Assembly: GCA_050294405.1 (NCBI GenBank)
Contig: JBNKOC010000007.1
Span: 64,001 to 128,000, forward strand
Source of the DNA: Fibrobacteria bacterium
GTDB lineage: Bacteria > Fibrobacterota > Fibrobacteria > UBA11236 > JADFYW01
Direction of reading: 5' to 3'
Length of the DNA: 64,000 nt
The position numbers and the translations under genes are program-made. Each line of letters begins with the position of its first letter. Position 1 is the first letter of the stretch. Shown piece after piece: positions 1 through 11,800 of this stretch. Under the pieces are notes generated by a model, which was not told the DNA's origin, searched no databases, and worked only from the letters and a program-made list of their open reading frames with translations.

Positions 1-246
1 AATAAGAGTTCCCTGTTTTTGATGCTTATACTCTATGTTATCCCGGTTATTTTCTTTTATAGCCACAAATAATGGCACATTTTTATGGACATCGATTTTA
101 AAAAGCTTTGGACCAGCAACATACAATTCATTCAGATTTTCACTTTGAGCCATTTGCTCCATTGCTGGGGGTTTCCAGTCCGGCTTCTCAAAAAATACAG
201 AATCCGCGAAGTTTAGGAAAAATAGTTCTAACATTGACTTCTCCAT
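1..246 (-). CDS. Partial hypothetical protein (runs off the window edge); candidate immunity partner of the Hcp fusion
   Basis: Hand translation from ATG at 246 (or ATG at 234, preceded by GGAG) is open for 82 codons to position 1 (MEKSMLELFFLNFADSVFFEKPDWKPP...). It starts 2 nt after the stop of 249..3257 and is absent from the ORF track. Confidence 0.6.
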   Translation of the reverse strand, partial: MEKSMLELFFLNFADSVFFEKPDWKPPAMEQMAQSENLNELYVAGPKLFKIDVHKNVPLFVAIKENNRDNIEYKHQKQGTLI

Positions 247-248
247 TT

Positions 249-3200
249 TTATAATTCCCCAAGTTTTTTAATTGATTGCGCCATAACAATGGGCTTACAA
301 CTGGGACAAAAAACTAATTTACAATTGTAATTTAGTTGGTGAAACATGATACATTTTCCATCATCGTTATGGCTTGCGGTGGAAGTTGACTTGTCAATTT
401 CCCAACTGCAATGAGAGCCGCTCCCTCCCATACCAGTATATTGATCTTTGTGATCACTTGCAGAAAAGCCGGAAGGAAATCCATAGGCATTTTTTCCGGG
501 AACCATGTTAATTAAGTGTCCTACTTCGTGAGCCACGCACTGAGAATGGATTGTATCATTGTTATCAATTACAATCAGATTATGTGGAGGCGTTCCTCCA
601 TCCCCTCCCCAGGGTCCGCTTGCCACGGTTACCACCAGATGAATTTGAACCGGTTGTTGTTTAGAAGGCGTCGCGTTTTTTGGCAAATCAACTTTAAATT
701 TATTGCTCCCTTGGAAAGTAATTGTGCCAACATTATCATTGGCGTTTTTGGCATCCTGGGAAAGCGTGCCAGATTTTCCGGTTTTCGCATTTTTCCACCA
801 GCAATTCACAATGAGTTTTGAACCCGTTTGAATAGGTGGGTCTATAACTTCTCTACTATCCTCATCTATTTCAATTACGCCGGAATTTTTTTCAAAAAAC
901 TCATCCGTTCCGCTGGTTAAAACATTTCCTGCACCATCTAATCCGTCGTATTGCTCGTCGCACAATATAATATTCACACATTGGCCTTTGTGAGTTGTGC
1001 TGAGCATATCATGAAATTTTTTGGCATTGTGATTTCCAATCCGGACGGAACCATTTGGGTATTCATTATGTGTGGCAGCGGATTCGGAGAGGAACTCGAT
1101 AAAGTTCTCCCTAAATATCTTTTCTGATGTTTTCATGGAAGGCGGAATTAGATCTTTATGATGGGTCAACTGGTACCAAAGCTTTCTCCAGTTTGTAATG
1201 CTTACTTTGATAGCTGATTTTCCACCGACAGGCTTGGCTTCCACTTCGTACACATCTCCCCCAGCCAGCCCTAGGGACAAAGACATTTCGGATTGTCCAT
1301 TTTTTACCGTGCTTTTTGCTATTCCTTCCCCGTTTTTTAAGGGGTTCACTTTTTTAGAATTAGGGTCCAAAAATCCTTTTTCAGGTTTTGTGCGTTTGCT
1401 GTTGTCTTTATGAGCTTTAACTTTCCATTCAATCTCTATGTTATCTGACTCATTTTTGGATTTTACTACCAAAGTAATCACATCCCCCATTTCTTTGCCA
1501 TTAGATGCTTGATTAACATATTGAATGTGGGCCGCCGAAGATGGAAATACAAATTCAATTTCAGGATTTTCAATTATGGGCAGTTTCTTATCCCCTTTAA
1601 TGGGATCTTTATCCCATTGGCTGTCATCATAAACAGGGCACTCCTCACTTGTCACCCTGGTGTTTTTATCAGAATGTCCTAAAAGTTCCGGAGCGTCCGC
1701 AGCTTCCCAAAAAATAACCTCCACCCTGCGGTTGGTTTTAGATACATAACCATCCTTTCCTTTTCCTTCAATGGGAAAACTTTCCCCGCAGGGGTAAATT
1801 CCTTCGCCCTTATAACCAAAGTTTAATTTTGGCGGTTGTTCTCCATAAACATCTTTCAGAAAAAATTGATATACATCAAAAATGGCTCCCCATGTTTTTG
1901 GACCGACAATTCCATCTGGCTTCAGATCTCCTTTATGCCTGTTGTTAAATTCCAACTGGAAACCCTTCACTCCTTCCTTAGTTTTTGGGCCATCTGCCCC
2001 ATCTGTTTTTCCAGGATCGCAATTCCACCCATAGCTTTCTGTTAAAGAGCTTAGAATACATTGATAATCAAGAGTGTTGCTTTTTTTCCCCACAACTTCG
2101 GACCAGGCAGAAGCGTTTCCCTCTAATAAAGATTTAATGGATATGGACCTCAATTCTGAAAGATCATAATTATATGCCAATTCTCCCGATGTATCGGTAT
2201 GGCCGAATACAACCATTTCCTGACTGGGGTTTTCTCCAGCTTGTTTATAAGCGGCCGCAAGAGCTCCTAAGAGACTCCCCTCTTTATCCAAACATGGTAC
2301 AGCGCTGTTTGTATTAAAAAGCACATCCGGCATTTCCACAAAACAGGCTTTTTTCTTATCCTGTTGGGGCATTAATAAATGTTCGCTTTCCAGTGAGTTC
2401 GAAGCCTCGGGATGGGTGGCCAAAAAATAATATTCCACAGGTTTTTTATCGCTGCTTTCATCATAGTAATATTTATTATTGTGAAATAATTTAAGTTCGG
2501 CTTCCGCAACGCCATCATTTAGAAACCCGTCAGCCTTGGATTTCATATCTTCCACAACATCCTGATATTTAGAATAAAGACTGATTTGAATTTTTTTCTT
2601 GCTCTCTGGAGGCAATTCAGCCTTAACTTGAACCTTACAGGCCTCGTTAAACTTAAATCCCTGGCCAGGTTTTATAAATTTGCCAGATAAAAGCCTTACA
2701 TTTTTTGCGACTTTTTTTTGTTTAGCTGGTTGCGCTGCAACAAATTGTTCTTCCTCCACAATATCATTGTCCGCCCCGTTATTCCGATTCCATTCATCCC
2801 AATACATAATATTGCCATCGAGATAATGCCAGGTTATACGATTGTATCGAAGGCTTACTTCTTCAATGGCTTTAAATTTTTCAAATTTTGGATTTTTAAC
2901 GGAAGGCAAAATTTGCCGGACTCCAACAACAGTAACATCGTTTAAAATATGGCGAAAGTACTCCACTTGTTTTTTTTGGTCTTTCCGATACTGATACCAT
3001 CGAATTTGCAATTCTTCAATGGCATCCCCCCTCGACAATGCCTGGTACATAAGGGGGGTTAACTGGTCCACCTTTTTTTGAAATACCAAACTTCCATGTT
3101 GGCGTAATGGGTCTGTGCTATCGTATTCCCCATTTTCTGTGCTAACATTATGATCAAAACAGAAAACTTCAAACATGCCTTCTTTTTCAAAAACCTGAAT

Positions 3201-3257
3201 GGCAGATTGAAAACTGGCGCCTCCATTGGTAAATTGTAAAAATGAGGAAATAGCCAA
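249..3257 (-). CDS. hcp: Hcp/TssD-domain fusion: Hcp + OmpA-like domain with inserted peptidoglycan-binding module + C-terminal HExxH Zn-peptidase-like domain
   Basis: First ~157 aa match the Hcp pattern (MAI..FL...EG.FEV..FDH...H....F.K.VD..TP.MY.A...G...EYF...L..V.V...EEVSLRY..ITW). OmpA motifs VLFNTNS, GHTD..G...YN..LS..R and NRRVE. PG-binding motifs DG..GPKT (twice). C-terminal HEVGH...HC...CIM...FCPSC. TTG start. Confidence 0.85.
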   Translation of the reverse strand: MAISSFLQFTNGGASFQSAIQVFEKEGMFEVFCFDHNVSTENGEYDSTDPLRQHGSLVFQKKVDQLTPLMYQALSRGDAIEELQIRWYQYRKDQKKQVEYFRHILNDVTVVGVRQILPSVKNPKFEKFKAIEEVSLRYNRITWHYLDGNIMYWDEWNRNNGADNDIVEEEQFVAAQPAKQKKVAKNVRLLSGKFIKPGQGFKFNEACKVQVKAELPPESKKKIQISLYSKYQDVVEDMKSKADGFLNDGVAEAELKLFHNNKYYYDESSDKKPVEYYFLATHPEASNSLESEHLLMPQQDKKKACFVEMPDVLFNTNSAVPCLDKEGSLLGALAAAYKQAGENPSQEMVVFGHTDTSGELAYNYDLSELRSISIKSLLEGNASAWSEVVGKKSNTLDYQCILSSLTESYGWNCDPGKTDGADGPKTKEGVKGFQLEFNNRHKGDLKPDGIVGPKTWGAIFDVYQFFLKDVYGEQPPKLNFGYKGEGIYPCGESFPIEGKGKDGYVSKTNRRVEVIFWEAADAPELLGHSDKNTRVTSEECPVYDDSQWDKDPIKGDKKLPIIENPEIEFVFPSSAAHIQYVNQASNGKEMGDVITLVVKSKNESDNIEIEWKVKAHKDNSKRTKPEKGFLDPNSKKVNPLKNGEGIAKSTVKNGQSEMSLSLGLAGGDVYEVEAKPVGGKSAIKVSITNWRKLWYQLTHHKDLIPPSMKTSEKIFRENFIEFLSESAATHNEYPNGSVRIGNHNAKKFHDMLSTTHKGQCVNIILCDEQYDGLDGAGNVLTSGTDEFFEKNSGVIEIDEDSREVIDPPIQTGSKLIVNCWWKNAKTGKSGTLSQDAKNANDNVGTITFQGSNKFKVDLPKNATPSKQQPVQIHLVVTVASGPWGGDGGTPPHNLIVIDNNDTIHSQCVAHEVGHLINMVPGKNAYGFPSGFSASDHKDQYTGMGGSGSHCSWEIDKSTSTASHNDDGKCIMFHQLNYNCKLVFCPSCKPIVMAQSIKKLGEL

Positions 3258-3544
3258 GCTCTACCCTATTTTAAAGTCCGTAAATTGGTAATAACATGCT
3301 GAATGGAATTCGAGCACATCAAAAATTAATTATTCCTCATGGAATTTGACATAAAAATTTTGCAGCAACGCCTTAAATTCAGTTTTTTCGCTTAAAAATT
3401 AGCACAGTTCTGAAATAAGCCGTGTTTATTTATCGGCTAAAGCCCGGGAAATAAAATGCTGCAAATTGTAATTAATTGCCAGCTTAAATTGGCATAGACC
3501 TATGTATCTTCCTGCAAATAACTAAAAATTGGGCTGTTCCCAGC

Positions 3545-3561
3545 TTGGCACAATTCTTGTT
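3545..3561 (+). promoter_or_regulatory. Putative sigma-54 (-24/-12) promoter of glutamine synthetase
   Basis: TTGGCACAATTCTTGTT matches TGGCAC-N5-TTGC with one mismatch at -12 (GT for GC), about 67 nt upstream of the GS start. Confidence 0.45.
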
Positions 3562-3627
3562 CCTCTATCTTTCAAATCTATTCGGCCCAACGAATAGCTT
3601 CATATTTTTTAAACAAGGAATAATAAC

Positions 3628-5802
3628 ATGAGCGGGAATGCTGCACGGTTAATGGCCATTAAAGAAATCACAAATAGGCCTCCATTTAAAGTAAGTCAAC
3701 CCGAAGCTTTAAAGAAAATATGGGCCAGCAATGTTTTTGACCTGGCCACAATGGAAGAATCATTGTCAAAAAATGCTTTTAAGGCTATTAAAAAGACCGT
3801 TCAGACTGGTGAAAAACTGGATAAATCCACCGCAGATGTTGTGGCAGCCGCTATGAAAGAATGGGCAATGAACAAGGGTGTAAAATTTTTCTCCCATATT
3901 TTTTACCCTATGACAAATGCCACGGCGGAAAAACACGATGGGTTTATTATCACAAATTCCGAAGGCCACGCAATCACAGAGTTTACAGGAAGCTTATTAA
4001 TTAAAGGCGAACCAGATGGTTCCTCCTTTCCCAATGGAAGCCTTAGAATGACCAGCGCCGCCCGTGGATATACAGCCTGGGACCCCACAAGCCCTGCATA
4101 TATCACCGAAACAGACAACGGCGCCACCTTGATGATTCCCAGTGTGTTTTTCTCCTGGACGGGGGAGTCGCTGGATAAAAAAATTCCCTTGCTGCGCTCC
4201 AATCGGGCTGTGGACCGGGCTGCCAGAAAGGTTTTAACCCTCATGGGAGAAACGGAAATAGCCACTTTAAATTCCAGCTGCGGTGCCGAACAGGAATACT
4301 TCCTGGTGGATACTAATTTTGCTAACGCCCGACCTGACCTACTATTTGCTGGTCGAACTTTGTTTGGAGCAGCGCCTGCAAAGGGACAGCAATTCGATGA
4401 TCATTACTTCGGTTCAATTCCTACCCGTGTCCTAAACTTTATGCAGGATTTCGAAGACAAACTTTATAAACTTGGAATTCCTGCCAAGACCCATCACAAT
4501 GAAGTGGCACCGGGGCAGTTTGAAATAGCCCCTTATTTTGAATCGGCAAATGTTGCAGCTGACCACCAGCAAATGATGATGACTATGATGAAAAGCACCG
4601 CCAAAGCGCATGGATTCACATGTTTACTTCATGAAAAACCATTCGCAGGTGTTAACGGATCGGGAAAGCATGTTAACTGGTCCATTGGAAACTCCACTCA
4701 AGGAAATTTGCTCGACCCAGGGAATACTCCTGAGCAAAACCTCAACTTTTTACTTTTCTGCGGTGCAGTAATTCGAGGAGTGCATCTTTTTGGACCCTTA
4801 CTAAGGGCAGTAGTAGCCACAGCCAGCAATGACCACCGGCTGGGAGCCAACGAAGCTCCTCCTGCCATACTATCTGTTTATCTAGGTGATTTACTTGAAG
4901 CTGTGTTTAAGGACATTAAAACCGGAAAGTTAAACAAAACAAAAGAGGGCGGCGAAATGGATTTGGGCCTTAGCCAAATTTTGAAATTCGATAGAGACCC
5001 AGGGGATAGAAACAGAACATCGCCTTTTGCATTTACTGGAAACCGCTTTGAGTTCAGAGCCGTTGGCTCCTCTCAATCTGTCTCCGGCCCCTTGGTAGCT
5101 ATGAACACCATCTTGGCTGACTCACTGGACTGGATAGCTGGAGAATTGGAAGAGGCATTAGCTTCTGGTCTGCCAAAAGCAGAGGCGGTAGTAAAAGTTC
5201 TTCAGAAGTTAATGAACCTGCACGACAAGGTTATTTTTGGCGGAGATGGCTACTCCGAAGCTTGGCATAGAATGGCAGTGGAAGAAAGAGGGCTCCGCAA
5301 TATACCCAATACAGCAGAGGCACTACTTGCGTTTAAAGATCCAGATGTAATCAAATTATTTGAATCCATGGCGGTTCTCACTCCAAAGGAATTGCAAAGC
5401 CGTTTTGAAGTTTATTCAGAACAATACATTTTGTCTTTAGAAGTAGAAGCTAAATTAGTGGCTAACATGGCAAAAACAACCATCGCTCCTGCCGCCTTAA
5501 GTTATCTTTCCAAACTCTCCAGCACAACCGCTGAATTATCAAGTCAGGGTGTGACTTTGGATTCTACATTAACAGCCAGCATCGCAGAAAACCTGAACCA
5601 AATGTTAGCTTCCGTTTCAAAATTAGAAGAAGCTCTGGAAAAAGAAGAGTTTTCCAGTGTGGATGAGCATATGGAGTTCATGGCTACGGAAGTAATCGGC
5701 CTTATGACATTAATTCGTGGTTATGCAGATAAATTGGAAACTTTGGTGGCCGACGAGCTGTGGCCCCTGCCTAAATATTCTGAAATGTTGTTTATTCGAT
5801 AA
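3628..5802 (+). CDS. glnA: Glutamine synthetase type III
   Basis: 724 aa with GSIII motifs TAEKHD, GEPDGSSFPNG, ARGYTAWD, GAEQEYF, HNEVAPGQFE, HEKPFAGVNGSGKH, DHRLGANEAPP, DRNRTSPFAFTGNRFEFRA and C-terminal WPLPKYSEMLF. Confidence 0.96.
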   Translation: MSGNAARLMAIKEITNRPPFKVSQPEALKKIWASNVFDLATMEESLSKNAFKAIKKTVQTGEKLDKSTADVVAAAMKEWAMNKGVKFFSHIFYPMTNATAEKHDGFIITNSEGHAITEFTGSLLIKGEPDGSSFPNGSLRMTSAARGYTAWDPTSPAYITETDNGATLMIPSVFFSWTGESLDKKIPLLRSNRAVDRAARKVLTLMGETEIATLNSSCGAEQEYFLVDTNFANARPDLLFAGRTLFGAAPAKGQQFDDHYFGSIPTRVLNFMQDFEDKLYKLGIPAKTHHNEVAPGQFEIAPYFESANVAADHQQMMMTMMKSTAKAHGFTCLLHEKPFAGVNGSGKHVNWSIGNSTQGNLLDPGNTPEQNLNFLLFCGAVIRGVHLFGPLLRAVVATASNDHRLGANEAPPAILSVYLGDLLEAVFKDIKTGKLNKTKEGGEMDLGLSQILKFDRDPGDRNRTSPFAFTGNRFEFRAVGSSQSVSGPLVAMNTILADSLDWIAGELEEALASGLPKAEAVVKVLQKLMNLHDKVIFGGDGYSEAWHRMAVEERGLRNIPNTAEALLAFKDPDVIKLFESMAVLTPKELQSRFEVYSEQYILSLEVEAKLVANMAKTTIAPAALSYLSKLSSTTAELSSQGVTLDSTLTASIAENLNQMLASVSKLEEALEKEEFSSVDEHMEFMATEVIGLMTLIRGYADKLETLVADELWPLPKYSEMLFIR

Positions 5803-5888
5803 GAGAAAGGCTCTGTATCACAAAAAAAGTCAGGAAAAGCTGTTATTGAATTTGCGCCCCTTTTATGGAGCGCCTAAAAAATCTGAGG

Positions 5889-8800
5889 TCACTTTAGAAG
5901 TAACTTATGTCCCGTTCCTTGGGTAACACCTTGGGTAACTCCACCAATCTGGACTTTCCATAAGTTGTAAGTCGTGCCAGCGGATACTGTAGTAGCTGCT
6001 GGACCCACAGAGAAAATTCTGGAACGCCCCAAGCCCGGAATTCCTGTTACCGTAAGGCTAACGGAAACTACCTGAGGCGATGTTTGCCCAGGAGCATTGT
6101 GGGAGATCAAAATATTTTGATTATAAGTTCCCGGAGCAAGGCCCTCTGCATTGATAGTAACTACCAGATCACTGCTACCAGAAGCGGGTGTTGTTCCCGA
6201 TAGCCGGCTTAACTGCAACCAAGGGGGAATTGTGGGGCCTAAGGCCACAGCGTTGGAAAGGATTTGCGCCCAATTTGCATTGTAAGTATAAAAATCAGGT
6301 GCCATTGTAATGACCCGGCCACTATGAATTTTATTTTCGGCAATGGCAGCATATGAAGAGTAACTCGCTAATACTTCTGCTGAACCACTAACACTGTAAT
6401 AAGCACAAGCATTATTCATATATACAGTGGAAGTAATTCCGGTAAATAGTTCATTGGTTGGATCTTCAATAACAATAGCACCGCCGCTGTTTAAGCCTGC
6501 ATAACTAATATCCATTAAACCTGCTTCAGACAAAAAACTGGCTGGATTATAGCTGTGTCCAGGAAAGTGGTAAATTATAGTTCCACCTCTCTGTAAAAAA
6601 GCATCCAGAACTGTTGCGAAGGTAGTTCCTAAACCGGACGGTATTGGAATTGATTCCTGTTCCATAATAATGAAAACTTCTTTGTCCGCTAATTCCGCCG
6701 CCAAAGTCAAAGAATCCGTCGTAACAGAATTTGTAATAGTATGACTTGGTGCATAGTTTGTTATGGAACTAACAACATTAAGATATTCACCGGTCATGTC
6801 CGCGCCACGGGTATAAATCAAAATATCTATAACTCCTGGCCAGGCTGTGGGCATACCAAAGTCGATGGACCAATCTAAATTATCCCCTCCAGCATTGGAA
6901 ATACTGAGCTGATGATCTTCTGAACTTCCCACAGCTAAGCTGGTTGAAATATCAGCAGGAGACACAGCAATAGAAGGAGGTTCAACCCCCTCGCCGCTTG
7001 AGGAAACCGTTAAAGTTGGATTATCATCCGCATTACTTGTGATAGTTAATACGGCAGATTCTACTCCCGGGCTAGAAGGATTAAAGGAAACATCCACAGT
7101 AACGGAAGAAAATGCATCCACAGATATGGGAAAAGCACCTGTAATTGTGTAAATGGGATTTGAAGTGCTGATGTTTGTAACTTGAGTGGGTTGGTTGCCA
7201 GTATTTTCCAAAACTATTTGTAAGGTTGAGCTGTTTCCAACCCATATGCTGCCGAAATCAAGATTTGTTGGACTAACGCTTAGTCTCGACTCTCCAGCAA
7301 CGTTTAATGTTACGGGGATATTCAATGGATTGGTCACAAGAGGAGAATTGTGAATCAAATTTAAATTGGCTGTATATTCTCCCGCCAACAAATTACTTGA
7401 ATTTAGCTCAATGCTAATATCCCGGGAACTACCAGGGTCTACGGTTCCAGATGAAATATCTGCAGAAATCCAGGAATTATTTCCCACGGCGCCTTGTAAT
7501 AAGTAATTCATAGCATTTGGGAATAGAAATTCGGCCAATCCGGAGGGATAATAATACTCTAAAGTCAGTGTCGATACTAACACCGTGCCTGCACCCATAT
7601 CATATTCAATTAATGTGGGCTGATTGCTAACATTAGTAATAATAGTATCCGCCCCATTTGGTACAACTGATATAAAATTATGGCTTGCAGAATTCCCAGT
7701 GATTGGGCTTGTTACCCCTTCCACAATGGGATGTTCATTATTCATAATGTAATTGGTACCTGACGTGGAATAACTAACTGTCCCGGAATTTGGTATGGAC
7801 TGTGTAATCCCTGAAAAAGTGCAGGAATTATAAAAAACAATTCCTCCAGAACTTATATAATTTTCGAATCTGGCCATATTTGCATCCAAATTAGAATAGT
7901 ATGTACTTGACTGGACAGATGATGTTACTATCAAATCAAACTGTGCAAAGTCGGTTGTAGCTACCGCAGAAGAAGGTATTATAGTTACAATAGCACCAAG
8001 GGTTACCAAAAGGGGTTCTGTTACATCTTTACTCCAGGGCAAAGCATCCCGAATTAATAGCACGTTTTCGCCAGCAAGGGGAACATTTAAATCTGAATTA
8101 AAGGGCCCGGGGTTTTCCATTGGAGACTGAGTATTTCCCATCAGAGGATCTCCGTATTGGGCCAAAATATCATTTTTAAATTGTTCTGGTATTTCAAGTT
8201 GGTAAACACCAAGGGGATTGGATAGGTAATCCACATCTAAGTTAAAACTCAATACATCTCCACCCAGGTTATCTACAGAAAGGATATGGTTTGAAATTTC
8301 ATCTGGCCCCAGATTATCACTAATGTTAGCCGGGCTTACGGAAATTTCTGGTGGCGCTATTCCTGTTCCATTTAAAGTTACCGGAAGACTTGGGTTATAC
8401 TCAGCATCACTATTAATAGTCAATGTTCCAGATTCTGTCCCTAAATCCACAGGACTAAATGTTACCTCAAAGAATTGAGAGTTCCCTGGTGTCAATACTA
8501 TAGGTAAGCCTAAAGAATAACTAAACTCTGCATTGTCAATGGTTATTGAGTTTACTTGCGTTTGTTCCGTACCATTATTTTCTAATACAAATGTAAAAGC
8601 TGAATTTTGCCCAGCCCAAACATTTCCAAAATCATGGGAACCAGGTGTTACAGTTAAACTTTTAATACCATCCACATTTAAGTCTACAGGGATACTTAAT
8701 GGATTTGTATGACCCGGAACATTGTGGTTAAATTCCACTATTCCTGTGTAATCTCCACCTAAAACACCCGTACCACCCAAAGATACAATCACATTAGTAG

Positions 8801-11800
8801 AGCCACCTGCTGGAACTGTAATAGGGGTACCCTGATTTTGAACATTTAACCATGGTGGAGTGGAGGTGTATCTCATTGCATTTTCAAGAAGTATTAAAAA
8901 ATCACCAGACCAATAGGAATTGCTAGCAGCATAAACATTTAAATTTACGATGGACTTTTCTGGATTATAGGCACCTATAAGATATCCATTTGTTAAAGTT
9001 CCAAGTGATTGTCCCTGACCTTGCGTAGATGTAACGTAGGCATAATACGAAAATGTAAGGGAGCTTACTCCTTCTGTAATAGGATGGGAAACCAAGGTTC
9101 CAAGGCTGGCTGAAGAACTTGAATAGGTAGTTACTGCAGAAATCGGAGAGTAATCTGGAGTCATTATTCTACCTTGGAGAACCCAATTGCCTGTTCCATG
9201 GAAATTTAAACCCAGCAATACAACTCTTCCTCCAGCATCCACGTAATCGGCAAGTACATCACCAATCTGTATTTGATTATACCAACTACTATTTGAAGCC
9301 ACTACAACTACATCAAAATTTAAAAGACTATCTAATTGTGGTTCTTGTACACTGCCATTTATTAACTCCACATTAGCTACCTGAGTCATTGCTTGCAATT
9401 GGGATTCTAAAGTAGAATAGGTGGTGTTACTGGTAGCAAGCAATCCCACATTCATATCAGTAACTGCGCCTAAACCAGGCAAAACAGAAGCAGCATTGAT
9501 TCCACGCGCCGTAAATACCAAATCGTCACCACCTAAGTTTTCAACGGTTAATGGCACATCCACAATTTCTTCACCCACAACTGCTTCTGAAATAGCAGAA
9601 GGAGTTATGGATATTTGAGGAGGCTCAACTCCTGTTCCACTTAAGGTTACCGGAAGACTTGGATTATCCTCGGCATCAGAATTAATCGTAAGCGTTCCTG
9701 ATTCCGTACCTAAATCCGCAGGACTAAATGTGACCTCAAAGGTTTGAGAGTTTCCTGGAGTTAATACTATTGGTAAGCCTAGAGAATAGCTAAACTCTGC
9801 ATTATCAATGGTTATTGAATTTACCTGCGTTTCCTCAGTACCATTATTTGCTAATTCAAATTCAAAAACGGAGTTTTGACCAACCCACACATTTCCAAAA
9901 TCATTGGAACTTGGCGTTACAGTTAAGCTTTTAATTCCATCCACATTTAAATCTACAGGGATACTTAACGGATTTGTTTGACCTGGAACATTGTGGCTAA
10001 ACTCCACCATTCCGCTATAATCTCCACCTAAAACACCTGCTCCTCCCAAAGAAACAATAACGTCTGTGGAACTACCTGCGGGAACTGTAATCGGAGTCCC
10101 TTGGTTTTGAACACTTAACCATGGTGGAGTGGCTGTATAGCGCATTGCATTTTCAAGAAGGATTAAAAAATCTCCAGACCAATAGGAATTGCTTGCAGTG
10201 TAAACATTTAAATTGACTATAGGTTTTTCAGGATTATATGCTCCAACTAGATACCCATTTGAATAGCTGCCCAGTGACACCCCTAAGCCTTGAGTGGCAA
10301 TAGCTAGCGCGTAGTAAGATGAGCTCAGAGTGCTAACTCCTTCCGTTATCGGATGAGTAATAAGAGTTCCAAGGGTAGCAGTAGAGCTACTATAGTTACT
10401 TGCTGTTCCAATGGGTGAATACTCTGGAGTCATAATACGGCCTTGGAGAGCCCAAGTGCCTGTTCCATGAAAATTTACACCCAAAATTACAACTCTTCCT
10501 CCAGCATCCACATAGTCAGCAAGCACATCGCCAATTTGTATTTGATTATACCAGCTTGTATTTGAAGCGACCACAACCACATCAAAATTTAAAAGGCTCT
10601 CTAACAGAGGTACTTGCAAATTCCCATTTATAAATTCCACATTAGCTACTTGAGACATTGCCTGTAAATGGGATTGCAAAGTGCTAAACGAAGTACTGGT
10701 AGCAAGAAGCCCCACATTCATATTGGTAACCGCCCCAAAGCTGGGAGCCAATGGAGAACTTTCAGCTCCTCTAGCCGTAAATACCAAATCGTCACCACCT
10801 AAATTTTCAACGGTTAATGGCACATCCACTATTTCTTCACCCACAACTGCTTCTGAAATAGCAGATGGAGTTATGGAGATTTGGGGTGGCTCAACCCCTG
10901 CACCATTTGCGTTTACAGTTAAACTGGGATTATCTTCCGCATCACTAATAATGGTAATTGTAGTTACATCAGCATCTAAATCAATTGGTGAGTAAGTAAT
11001 GGTCAGCGCCAATGCTCCATCAGCAGCTACTGTAGCAGGTAATGTTAAATTATGGGTAAACTCCGCCCCTGAAATATTAATACTATTGATTTGGGTAGCT
11101 TCACTGCCAGGGTTACTCAAAATAAAATCGAAAGTGGAAGTCGAACCAATCCAAATATTGCCAAAATCGTGGGACAAAGGCGAAACATCTAAATTTCGTA
11201 CCCCATCCACATACAAGCTAACTGGAATTGTAATGGCATTGGTAGCGGGAACATTGTGGTTTATGGTTAATTCTCCGGTATAATTTCCAGGAGTAACATT
11301 AACCCCATTAAATAAAACTGGTATATTCGCAGTTTCGGCAGGGTTTACATTACCTTCAGATTGGCTGATTTTTAACCAGGACCCATTGCCACCCGTTGCT
11401 AACCAGTCAACAGCTGTATTTGCAAATAATCTGTTTTTATAATTAATCATATTATTGTTTGTAAAAATTTCATCGCAAACAGATATAATCGCTCCAGCGC
11501 CAATAATTGCCGCTGCTGAAAACGGGTTTCCTGAAATGTCCTCAACGAGTAATTCCGTGTTTCCAGACAGTATTAACCCAGCCACTGGACCAGGTATATT
11601 TAACGTATCTACACCTTCAGTTGCGGAGTGTTCCATAATATTGGTACTAATTCCAGATGAATATGGCCCCGTGTAAGTTATACCATATTTATTAAAAAAG
11701 GGTGCCATAGAACCAGGTTGGTCTCCTTGATACAGAATTGCGCCCCCGTTTGCAAGCCAGCCATCAATAGCCGCTTCTTCCGCTGCACTCCAGTTTGAGG

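Noticed and set aside
249..3257. Complete T6SS locus
   Set aside because: No sheath, baseplate, VgrG or membrane-complex gene in the window; the locus could continue left of position 1.
3489..3505. Second sigma-54 site (TTGGCATAGACCTATGT)
   Set aside because: The -12 element does not match at the required spacing.
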